From the NCBI GenBank assembly GCA_963823555.1, contig CAWGMA010000004.1, forward strand, positions 1 to 64,000: 64,000 nt of DNA, written 5' to 3'. This document shows, one piece after another, positions 10,264 through 18,520 of this stretch (position 1 is its first letter; every line of letters starts with the position of its first letter). Origin of the DNA: Candidatus Eiseniibacteriota bacterium. Lineage in GTDB: Bacteria > Eisenbacteria > RBG-16-71-46 > CAVPCR01. The translations under genes were made by a program, and so were the position numbers. Under the pieces are notes generated by a model. It made no database searches and was not told the origin of the DNA. It saw nothing but the letters and a program-made list of their open reading frames with translations.

Positions 10264-10797
10264 GGCCTTACCTCTTGTGAGCGGTGGCGCTGCCTTGCCG
10301 CTTATGCAGGTACCGCAGGCGTGGGTGGGTAGCCAGGGAAGACTCTCCGCTAGCCAATGGCAGAGATGAAGCCGAATTGCTGGCGCAGGGTGGCGCCCGC
10401 TACGACAAGAGCCCATGGCTGTCCCTACCCCCCTCTAGGGGCGTCGGGCCTCATCGCCGAGCGGCTTGGCGCCGGGACCCTCGGGGTCGCCGGGTGGTGA
10501 GGTCAGAGCCTCTATCCTCCAGCGCAGAGCCAGAGGACTCGGCAAGAATTCGGCTGCATACATCGTACCGATCATCGACCGCGTGGGCGTTGGCAGGACA
10601 AGATGATATTTAGTCTTAGGTTGAGATCTATCCCCCTCCCTTGATCGCCCGACCGCGCCAACCGGGTTTTAGTCATCCTGGCTCTCACCGTCTCGGCTGA
10701 GCTGACATTTCGACAGCCGATGTGGCGAGAAGCGTCGTAGGCGTAGGTGTCCGGAATCTCGATCGTGTTGCCGAACACCAGCTACGGCAACCGCCCC

Positions 10798-10950
10798 TCA
10801 ACACACCATCCCCCTCAGCCTCTCAAACATCTCCTCGTCGCTCACATGGGTATAGGCGACGGTCGTGAGCGGACTCGCGTGCCGGGCGAACCGCTGGGCG
10901 AGGAAGAGATCCCGCGTGGCCCGATACACGGCGGTCACGGCGGTGTGCCT
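10798..10950 (-). pseudogene. 3' half (153 nt) of small tyrosine recombinase, copy A, interrupted by RIT
   Basis: RHTAVTAVYRATRDLFLAQRFARHASPLTTVAYTHVSDEEMFERLRGMVC*; contains the catalytic R, H and Y boxes. Confidence 0.8.
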
Positions 10951-11117
10951 CTTATGCCGCGCTCGGCATAACCGGCATTATGCCGCGCTCCGGATTATGC
11001 CGAGGCGACTTGGGAAGTGCTTGTCTGGCCAGCAGTTAGCGCGGCGGAAGTGCATCACGACGCGGCATAAGCCTAACGTCTCCTCCACCTGGTCGCAGAG
11101 CCAGAGGAGGAGGAGAT

Positions 11118-12332
11118 ATGAGAGGAGGATTTCGCTTCGGCCACCCGGTGGGCCGTTGGTATCGCATCGGCCCCTTGAGCGACTATCTCGATGAGTACGC
11201 CGCACGTCTCGGCGAGTTGCAGTACACTCGGGAGACGGCAGTACATAAGATCAAGAGTCGGTGGCTCAGTCACCAACGACTCGATGTTCATAGCCTCGAC
11301 GATCACCTGATCGCGAAGTTCTTTCGTCAACGACGGCAACGACGCGACACTGCTTGTTCTGGTGACATGGCGGCGGTCCGTCTGCTGCAGGATCTGCTGC
11401 GCGATCGTGGCATTCTGCCTGAGCTTCCGCGACCGGAGGATCGTCGGCACGCCACCGAGATCGCCTTCGAGCAGTACCTGCGGGAAGAGCGGCGCGTATC
11501 GCCGGCGACACTACTCAACACATTGCCATTCGTGCATCGCTTTCTCGCCGACCTCTTTGGTGCGACGCCGGTCTGCCTCGCCAGTGTGTCTCCATCGGAC
11601 ATCACGCATTTCGTTCTCCAACACGCCCGAACCATGAGCCCTGCTCGCGCGAAGCTCCTGGCAGGGGCCCTGCGCTCCTACTTTCGCTTTCTCTACCTTC
11701 GCGCGGAGATCACCACGGATCTCGCTGCGGTCGTGCCCACCGTACCGGGTTGGCGACTCACCAGCGTTCCGAAGTCGATCGACCCGCACAAAGTCGAAGT
11801 CCTGCTGAAGAGCTGCAACCGACGAACACCGACGGGTCGACGCGATTACGCGATCCTGCTGCTGCTGGCCCGTCTCGGCCTGAGAGGCGGGGAAGTGACT
11901 GGCATGACCTTGGACGATATCGATTGGGAGGCTGGCGAGCTCGTCGTGCGTGGCAAGGGACCTCGCCAAGACCGCCTGCCGATTCCCAAGGACGTTGGTG
12001 AGGCCTTGGTCGCCTACTTGCGTGATGGCCGGCCTCGCTGCGCGTCACGACATGTATTCCTCACTTCGCGTGCACCCGTTCACGAGCTTCGCCGTGCTGT
12101 TGGCGCCATCGTCCAGCGTGCAGTCACACGCGCCGGCATCGACGCACCCCACAAGGGATCCCACCTCTTACGCCACTCCCTGGCCGTTCGGATGCTTCAA
12201 CGGGGAGCGTCGCTTGGTGAGATCGGCGATATCCTGCGGCATCGCCATCTGGACACGACCGCGATCTACGCCAAGGTTGACCTGAACGCTTTGAGATCTC
12301 TCGCTCAGCCGTGGCCGGGAGGTGAAGCATGA
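11118..12332 (+). CDS. RIT tyrosine recombinase A
   Basis: GRRDYAILLLLARLGLRGGEV, HLLRHSLA, LRHRHLDTTAIYAKVD..LAQPWP; start uncertain. Confidence 0.88.
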   Translation: MRGGFRFGHPVGRWYRIGPLSDYLDEYAARLGELQYTRETAVHKIKSRWLSHQRLDVHSLDDHLIAKFFRQRRQRRDTACSGDMAAVRLLQDLLRDRGILPELPRPEDRRHATEIAFEQYLREERRVSPATLLNTLPFVHRFLADLFGATPVCLASVSPSDITHFVLQHARTMSPARAKLLAGALRSYFRFLYLRAEITTDLAAVVPTVPGWRLTSVPKSIDPHKVEVLLKSCNRRTPTGRRDYAILLLLARLGLRGGEVTGMTLDDIDWEAGELVVRGKGPRQDRLPIPKDVGEALVAYLRDGRPRCASRHVFLTSRAPVHELRRAVGAIVQRAVTRAGIDAPHKGSHLLRHSLAVRMLQRGASLGEIGDILRHRHLDTTAIYAKVDLNALRSLAQPWPGGEA

Positions 12333-13258
12333 GCATCCTCCTCGCCGCCGTCGATGAGTACCTGAACCTTCGGCGATGCCTCGGTTTCAAGCTTGCCGCC
12401 GAGGGAAAGCTGCTCTCGGACTTCGTCTCCTTCGCGGAACATCAGGGAGCGAGCCACATCACCAGCGAGCTCGCCCTGCGCTGGGCCACCCTGCCGGCGG
12501 GTGCCTCGCCAGCCCACTGGGCAAGCCGCCTGCGGATGGTACGCCTGTTCGCGCAGCACTGGAGTGCTACGGACCCACGCACCGAGGTCCCGCCAGCAGG
12601 GTTGCTTCCCTATCACTATCATAGGAAGCGTCCGTACATCTTCACTCCGGCCGAGATCCAGCATCTTATCGACGCAGCCTGGACGCTCCAGAGCGCCAGA
12701 GGGCTGCGGCCCTGGACCTACCACACGGCATTCGGGCTGGTAGCGGTGACGGGCATGCGGGCCGGAGAACTCATCAACCTCGATCGAGATGACGTGGACC
12801 TCGAACGCGGTGTCCTTCGCATCCGCCTGGCCAAGTTCGGCAAGTCCCGACTGCTCCCGGTACATCCGTCGACTCAAGCCGTTCTCCAGCGTTATGCCCG
12901 CTATCGCGATCAGGTCTTCCCCAAGCCGCACACGCCGAGCTTCTTCCTTTCCGACCAAGGCCGTCGCCTCGCGTGGTCGATTCTACGCTGGACGTTCGTG
13001 AAGCTATCGATCCAGACTGGCCTGCGGGCAGCCAAGGCTCGACGTGGCCCGCGCGTGCACGACCTCCGCCATGCCTTTGCCGTGCACACCGTGCTCGGTT
13101 GGTACCGATCGGGCGCGAACGTCGAACAGCGCCTCCCCACGTTGGCCACCTACCTCGGTCACGCCCATGTAACCGACACGTACTGGTACCTCTCGGCGAT
13201 TCCCGAACTGCTGGCACTCGCATCAGCAAGGCTGGAGGAAGGAGACCAGCAGCCATGA
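12329..13258 (+). CDS. RIT tyrosine recombinase B
   Basis: YLNLRRCLGFKL, TGMRAGE, KFGKSRLLP, HDLRHAFA, YLGHAHVTDTYWYL; ATGA overlap with A. Confidence 0.92.
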   Translation: MSILLAAVDEYLNLRRCLGFKLAAEGKLLSDFVSFAEHQGASHITSELALRWATLPAGASPAHWASRLRMVRLFAQHWSATDPRTEVPPAGLLPYHYHRKRPYIFTPAEIQHLIDAAWTLQSARGLRPWTYHTAFGLVAVTGMRAGELINLDRDDVDLERGVLRIRLAKFGKSRLLPVHPSTQAVLQRYARYRDQVFPKPHTPSFFLSDQGRRLAWSILRWTFVKLSIQTGLRAAKARRGPRVHDLRHAFAVHTVLGWYRSGANVEQRLPTLATYLGHAHVTDTYWYLSAIPELLALASARLEEGDQQP

Positions 13259-14250
13259 CTACGCCCAACCTGGCCAACCTGCTCGAGACCTTCTTTACCG
13301 ATCGTCTCATGCGCCAGCGACAGGCGAGCCCCCACACCATCGCCAGCTACCGAGATTCGTTCCACCTACTCCTCGTCTTCGCGCAGCAGCGACTGAAGAA
13401 GGCCCCCTCCACCCTTGCTCTCACCGACATCGACGCACCACTCATTGGAGCCTTCCTCGACAGCTTGGAGAAGACCCGCGGCAGCAGTTCGCGAACCCGC
13501 AACACGCGACTGGCCGCCATCCGTTCATTCTTCCGCTTCGCCGCCTTCACCGTGCCCGAGCACAGTGCCTTGATTCAGCGCGTCTTGGCAATGCCCACCA
13601 GGCGCTATGACCGGCGGCCTATCGAGTTCTTGACACGGCCTGAGATTGCCGCCCTGCTCGCCGCCCCTCCTCAAACTACCTGGCATGGTCGCCGCGATCG
13701 GACGCTCCTGCTCGTGGCGGTCCAGACCGGCCTGCGGGTCTCCGAACTCATCAGCTTGCGCTGCCAAGACGTTGTACTCGGCGCCGGTGCTCACGTGTGT
13801 TGCCTCGGGAAGGGACGTAAGGAGCGATGCACGCCGCTGCGGCGTGACGCCACCATGGCATTGGCACAGTGGTTCCGCGAGCGGCAGGGCCAGCCTTCGG
13901 ATCCGCTGTTTCCCAACCAACGTGGCGACCCACTCAGCCGCGATGGGGTCGAGCATCTGCTTGCCAAGCACCTGACCCAGGCACGAGTCGTGTGCCCGTC
14001 ACTACGGCACAAGCAGGTCTCGCCGCACGTGCTCCGGCACACCGCCGCCATGGAGTTGCTGCAGCACGGCGTCGACCGATCGGTGATTGCGCTCTGGCTC
14101 GGTCATGAGTCGGTCGAGACAACTCAGATGTACTTGCAGGCGAATCTCGCGATGAAGGAGCTGGCTCTGGCCAAGACGACTCCGCTCAACGTGCCGGTGG
14201 GGCGCTACCGACCCGACGACCACCTCCTGGCCTTCCTCAGGAGCCTCTGA
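13255..14250 (+). CDS. RIT tyrosine recombinase C
   Basis: FFTDRLMRQRQASPHTIASYRD, TGLRVSEL, PHVLRHTAA, WLGHESVETTQMY; ATGA overlap with B. Confidence 0.92.
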   Translation: MTTPNLANLLETFFTDRLMRQRQASPHTIASYRDSFHLLLVFAQQRLKKAPSTLALTDIDAPLIGAFLDSLEKTRGSSSRTRNTRLAAIRSFFRFAAFTVPEHSALIQRVLAMPTRRYDRRPIEFLTRPEIAALLAAPPQTTWHGRRDRTLLLVAVQTGLRVSELISLRCQDVVLGAGAHVCCLGKGRKERCTPLRRDATMALAQWFRERQGQPSDPLFPNQRGDPLSRDGVEHLLAKHLTQARVVCPSLRHKQVSPHVLRHTAAMELLQHGVDRSVIALWLGHESVETTQMYLQANLAMKELALAKTTPLNVPVGRYRPDDHLLAFLRSL

Positions 14251-14360
14251 TTATGCCGACTCAGGCCGCCCACTCGACTCGAGATCCACCGACTCCTTTC
14301 AACCGACTCGGCATAATCCGGAGCGCGGCATAATGCCTCTTATGCCGCGCTCGGCATAAG

Positions 14361-14513
14361 AGGCACAGCGCCGTGTCGATGGTCTACCGTGCGACCCGCG
14401 ACCTCTTCCTCGCCCAGCGGTTCGCCCGCCACGCGAGCCCGCTCACCACCACCGTGTATATCTATCCATCGGACGAGGAGATGTTCGAGCGGCTGAGAGG
14501 GATGGAGTGCTGA
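14361..14513 (+). pseudogene. 3' half (153 nt) of small tyrosine recombinase, copy B, interrupted by RIT
   Basis: RHSAVSMVYRATRDLFLAQRFARHASPLTTTVYIYPSDEEMFERLRGMEC*; diverged paralog of copy A. Confidence 0.8.
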
Positions 14514-14553
14514 GGGAGGTTGGACTTCGGCCCCCAGGTTCCCAAGCAACCAC

Positions 14554-15870
14554 TCATCGTGGCAAAAGAACGACTTTGCTCACCGCTGAACTTCCTTCTC
14601 CGCGAAGGCGGAGGAAGTAGACGCCAGGCCGAGCCGCGTCGCCCGGCTGCCAGAGGTACGGCGGTGTTCCGGGCCGCACGATGTCCACGACGCGACCCTG
14701 CAGATCGTAGATCTCCAGTAATGGGTTCTGGATGGTCGCGGCGTACGCGATCTCAGCCTGATAACGCATAGGGTTTGGTGTCACCGAGAGCCGAAGCACG
14801 GTCGACCCCGCCTCGGGGACGCCCTGGGACTCGCACAGACCCAACGCACCGATGAGTCCGCACCCGGGCGGGGAGTTTGCCGGCAGACAGGGGGAGTCGG
14901 GCCGCAGGTGAAAGTCCAAACCCGCAGGATCACAGAACAGGGGATCCGCCGAGAAGTTGCCGTTGATTCCTCCCTGTCCAGCGCAGTCACCACGCCAGTC
15001 CTGTCCGTTTCCCCAGACGTTGTTGCAACCAATGACCGGGATGGCTTGGAACATCTGGCAGTCTACGCCATACTCGAGGTCGTAAACGACGATATTGCCG
15101 GTAAACTCGCACGGTTTGTACGTCGTAAACCCCAGAGCGATGGACCGCGGGAGCGGAACTTCGTGCACTATCGTGTTATTCCTTATGAGGCCGCCACGGA
15201 TCTGGACGGCTGTGTTATTCACGATACCGTTCCCTACTATAATGTTGCCCGAAAACTCAAAGGCGCCGACGTCAACGATGAATAGGGAATTGCAATTCAG
15301 ACCATTATAGCGGATTACGTTTCTCCGAAAGAAGCCGTCGCCCTGGAGAGCGGCGGCATCTGCGTTCTCATTGTACTGGATCAGATTATCCTCAACCGTA
15401 GATTGAATGCCGGCGAAGATCCCCGCGGCCCCTCCAAAGGCCTCATTATACTCGACAATGTTGTTTCGGATCTTCGCACGGCCTCCTCTGTCGATGTCAA
15501 CGTCGATATGAATCCCGCCGGCCAACCAGCCACCCCCATAGTAGCCGTTGGTGATCCGGAAGCCCTGAATCGTTACCCCTTCGACCGTTACCGGGGTAAA
15601 GACTACAGTATATAGTCCGCCTGCATCGATCGTCGTCACGTCTGGGCCTTCTTCGCTCATAAGCACGACGTCGTTGTCGTAAATGGTGACCCGCTCCTCA
15701 TACAGGCCCGGAGCGACGAGCACCGTGTCGCCGACGGTGCAAGCAATCAGGGCAGCTTGGATGGTGGGAAACTGACTAGGGACCCGAAACGTCGCCCCGA
15801 GCCCCGAGGCAGGAGTCATGAGCAGAGCAAGCGTGCAGGCAGCATTGAGACACCCGTAACGAGACTTCAT
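14554..15870 (-). CDS. Secreted parallel beta-helix protein with FlgD/T9SS-like C-terminal domain
   Basis: RBS GGAGGTG, ATG 15870, signal peptide, RVPSQFPTIQAAL, NFSADPLFC..CGLIGAL, PNP..IYDLQGRVV..GVYFLRL. Confidence 0.85.
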   Translation of the reverse strand: MKSRYGCLNAACTLALLMTPASGLGATFRVPSQFPTIQAALIACTVGDTVLVAPGLYEERVTIYDNDVVLMSEEGPDVTTIDAGGLYTVVFTPVTVEGVTIQGFRITNGYYGGGWLAGGIHIDVDIDRGGRAKIRNNIVEYNEAFGGAAGIFAGIQSTVEDNLIQYNENADAAALQGDGFFRRNVIRYNGLNCNSLFIVDVGAFEFSGNIIVGNGIVNNTAVQIRGGLIRNNTIVHEVPLPRSIALGFTTYKPCEFTGNIVVYDLEYGVDCQMFQAIPVIGCNNVWGNGQDWRGDCAGQGGINGNFSADPLFCDPAGLDFHLRPDSPCLPANSPPGCGLIGALGLCESQGVPEAGSTVLRLSVTPNPMRYQAEIAYAATIQNPLLEIYDLQGRVVDIVRPGTPPYLWQPGDAARPGVYFLRLRGEGSSAVSKVVLLPR

Positions 15871-15974
15871 GCTGCACCTCCTGATGGTCCCTTGACCATT
15901 CATACTGCCATGGGTGATGTTGGGCCAAGAGGGGGTGGCATACGCGGATCGCCACCCCCTCAGCCGGCTCCCAT

Positions 15975-16185
15975 CTACTTGAGGGTCAACATCTTCCCGT
16001 TCGCTACCTCGTCGCCGGCCCGCAGCCGGTAGATGTAGACACCCGAAGACACCGCCTCCCCCGAGGTCGTGCGCCCGTCCCACACGAAGTCATGCGCGCC
16101 GGACTCGAGAGGCCCGTGATAGAGCCTCCGGATGAGCCGCCCCTCCACCGAGTAGACGTCCAGCGAGACCGGAGCTTTCCGATCG
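15975..16185 (-). pseudogene. Orphan FlgD-Ig C-terminal domain fragment
   Basis: DRKAPVSLDVYSVEGRLIRRLYHGPLESGAHDFVWDGRTTSGEAVSSGVYIYRLRAGDEVANGKMLTLK*, out of frame with the upstream ORF. Confidence 0.75.
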
Positions 16186-16761
16186 AAAGGCCTCGTATGA
16201 CCAGGTCTTGGATCCGCGGAGATGGATTGTGACTAGGCCTGTCGTTTGACGGGGAAGAAAGCCGTACTCGACAGTCTGCAGGAATATGCCGTACTCAGGG
16301 TGTAGGTCCAGAAGAAAAATGCCCCTTTGTCCAACCTGTGGCGGTCGTGTGTCGTAGTAAATCGCATGGCTACACCCGCCGGGGGGGGCAACTGGGAGTT
16401 CCTCGGGCAGTGCTAACGTCGTCACTAACAAGTACGTATCGGCAACCGTACCTTTGATCTCGCGAAGGTGGCCTAGGCGGAGTTCCGTTACCCATATGCA
16501 TCCGGTCGCAGACGCATGAGTGACAGGATTCGCTTCGACAACCTCTCCCTCAATGATGAAGTCAAAGCGTGCCGCCGTCACCTGGGCTGTCTGATTGAGA
16601 CTCAAGTCCGCGGATCCACCAAACACGTCCGCCCGCGCTTGACCGGAGAGAAGGAGGCTGGTCATTACGCCCAAGATTAGCCCCAGGTAGGCGACGGAAC
16701 ATAGTGGGACACCACATAATTGCACCCGTGGGCGCATTCGAAGCAGACTTACTGATCTCAT
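16090..16761 (-). CDS. Secreted TIMP/OB-fold-like hypothetical protein, probably 3'-truncated
   Basis: Hydrophobic N-terminus ending QARA, FDFIIEGEVVE..LREIKG..VGQRGIFLL pattern like 24584-25516; last codons overlap the FlgD fragment; start uncertain. Confidence 0.55.
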   Translation of the reverse strand: MRSVSLLRMRPRVQLCGVPLCSVAYLGLILGVMTSLLLSGQARADVFGGSADLSLNQTAQVTAARFDFIIEGEVVEANPVTHASATGCIWVTELRLGHLREIKGTVADTYLLVTTLALPEELPVAPPGGCSHAIYYDTRPPQVGQRGIFLLDLHPEYGIFLQTVEYGFLPRQTTGLVTIHLRGSKTWSYEAFRSESSGLAGRLLGGGAAHPEALSRASRVRRA

Positions 16762-16917
16762 TGATGGAAGGTGCACCAGCAAGAACAGCGGGGAATGACA
16801 GCTTCTGATGGAGTCGCCCTTCGAGTAACTAGCAAGAGCTTTCTTGGTGCGCGACATGCTCGAGAACCCCCTTCGACAGCGATAAAGGCTTAGCCGATTT
16901 CGGGCTTCGGCGCCAGG

Positions 16918-17100
16918 ACGCCTCTTTCTGCCCATGACCCGGTTTCCGATGCCCCTTTTTGGCCGTTTCCGAGGAGGGGCATGCCCCAAAACGGCCATGT
17001 CCGGGAAGGCCGATGCCCCAAATCGGCCATGTCCGCCCGAGGGGATGCCCCATTTTGGCCGTTTGGGCGGGAGGGGATGCCCCAGGTTGTCGGCTGCCCC
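16918..17100. repeat. Tandem array of 32-bp units, consensus ATGCCCC-(A/T-rich 5)-GGCC-N4-N12
   Basis: ATGCCCC at 16949, 16981, 17013, 17045 and 17077, exactly 32 bp apart; degenerate unit at 16918. Confidence 0.9.
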
Positions 17101-17105
17101 GGCGC

Positions 17106-18470
17106 TCACCTTAGATAGATGAACTTGACCGCGTCCCCGACCGCGCCGCCATCCATCCTCGCGAAGTAGACGCCCGGTGGTGCCGACGCCCCCGGCGTCC
17201 AGACCCAATGGCCGCCAGCACCGGTCAGCCGGTCAATCAGCCGGCCATGCGAGTCGAAGACCGAGAGCACGCGCGGGCCGACGCCAGGGAAAGCAAACTC
17301 GGCGACACCGCGCACGGGGTTCGGGGCCACGCTCAGGTGTGCCGTGACGGGCGGAGCGTCGCCTGTGGCCACGTCGGCAGCGCCGCAGGCGACCGGCACC
17401 GCACCGATTAGACCGCAGCCCGTCGGGGAGTTCTCCGGCGCGCATGGCGAATCGGCGTGCAGAGCAAGGTCGTCGTTCGACGGATCACAGAACATGGGAT
17501 CTTCGCTGAAGTTGCCCTGGATGCCGTTGAACCCACTGAGGCAATACTCATAATTACCCACATTGCCATAGACATCGCAGCAGAAGACATCGACTGCCGT
17601 CCCTCCGTAGCAGTGCACAGCAAAACCCCACTCATTGAAGCCAAGAATGGTATTGGAGAGGAGCAGTGAGGCCTCCTCCATCACGATCATCGCTTCCCCC
17701 AAGTTGTGATGGAGAGTGCAGCTTTCCAACGTGAGATCCACTCGGAACATGCGTACTGCAACACCAGTCTGCCCGATGTTGTCGTCTAAGACGCACGAGG
17801 TGAGCAGCATGCCTCCGCCAAAACCGGCACCCACCGCGCCACCAAAGACCCCGAAGTTCTCTCTCATTGTGCACGACCGAAGCGTGAGATTCGACAGATA
17901 GCCATCGACGGCACCGCCGTATGTCGCCGAGTTCTCCACGAAGGTGCAGTTCTCGATCACGGTGTTGGACCAAGCGCATGAAATGGCGCCGCCGTTGCCC
18001 CCTGGGGGAGCGATGCCATTGTTCACCTGATTGCGGAAGAAATGGCAGTTACGGATCGTCGGTGAACTGGACTGGCAGAGGATGGCGCCACCGCAGCCCT
18101 CAGGGCAGTAACGTTCGATCAATTGTCCGTTGCGGATGGCGAACCCTTGAACAACGGAGGCAGCCGTCTCGCCACTGTGAAAGCTCAGCGCACGATGCGG
18201 GTCGGACGGGGAGCCCCCGCAGTCGATGTTGGTCTGCTCCGGGCCGGCCTCGGACATGAGGACAAGGTCGACGCCAGCGAAGTCGAGGTCCCGATTCCCG
18301 TCGCCCGTGTAAGTGCCCGCGGCGACCAGAACAGTGTCGCCGATACTCGCCGCGTCGATGCCGGCCTGGATCGTCGGTTGATCAGCGGGAACGCGGATCG
18401 TCGCGGGATGAACAGTGGCGGGAACGGCCAGGAGCAGGCCGAGGACGAAAGCGACCTTGCGCAGCACCAT
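17106..18470 (-). CDS. Secreted parallel beta-helix protein with FlgD/T9SS-like C-terminal domain
   Basis: RBS GAGGAGG, ATG 18470, signal peptide, TIRVPADQPTIQAGID, NFSEDPMFC..CGLIGA, APNPVR..VFDSHGRLI..GVYFARM. Confidence 0.88.
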   Translation of the reverse strand: MVLRKVAFVLGLLLAVPATVHPATIRVPADQPTIQAGIDAASIGDTVLVAAGTYTGDGNRDLDFAGVDLVLMSEAGPEQTNIDCGGSPSDPHRALSFHSGETAASVVQGFAIRNGQLIERYCPEGCGGAILCQSSSPTIRNCHFFRNQVNNGIAPPGGNGGAISCAWSNTVIENCTFVENSATYGGAVDGYLSNLTLRSCTMRENFGVFGGAVGAGFGGGMLLTSCVLDDNIGQTGVAVRMFRVDLTLESCTLHHNLGEAMIVMEEASLLLSNTILGFNEWGFAVHCYGGTAVDVFCCDVYGNVGNYEYCLSGFNGIQGNFSEDPMFCDPSNDDLALHADSPCAPENSPTGCGLIGAVPVACGAADVATGDAPPVTAHLSVAPNPVRGVAEFAFPGVGPRVLSVFDSHGRLIDRLTGAGGHWVWTPGASAPPGVYFARMDGGAVGDAVKFIYLR

Positions 18471-18511
18471 GGTGGGGGCCCTCCTCGATGGCAGCCGGTG
18501 AGGACCCGCCC

Positions 18512-18520
18512 ATTCTACCA
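18512..18520 (-). promoter_or_regulatory. Candidate extended -10 promoter (TGGTAGAAT) overlapping the terminase stop
   Basis: TGnTAGAAT about 40 bp upstream of cargo ATG 18470. Confidence 0.5.

Larger units (their letters stand above)
10951..14360 (+). mobile_element. RIT (recombinase-in-trio) element
   Basis: Three overlapping tyrosine recombinase genes; perfect 31-bp inverted repeats at 10974-11004 and 14307-14337; multiple TTATGCCG sites; palindromic CTTATGCCGCGCTCGGCATAA at both outer junctions. Confidence 0.9.

Noticed and set aside
14336..14345. CCTCTTATGC shared between the RIT junction and the IS91-like ori end
   Set aside because: Only a 10-bp match, partly formed from target codons; no mechanistic link can be supported.
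16918..17100. CRISPR array
   Set aside because: Unit is only 32 bp with a 7-bp invariant core, there are no unique spacer-length segments, and no cas genes are in the window.
7261..18470. Diversity-generating retroelement acting on the beta-helix paralogs
   Set aside because: No reverse transcriptase and no template/variable repeat pair with adenine-specific mismatches.
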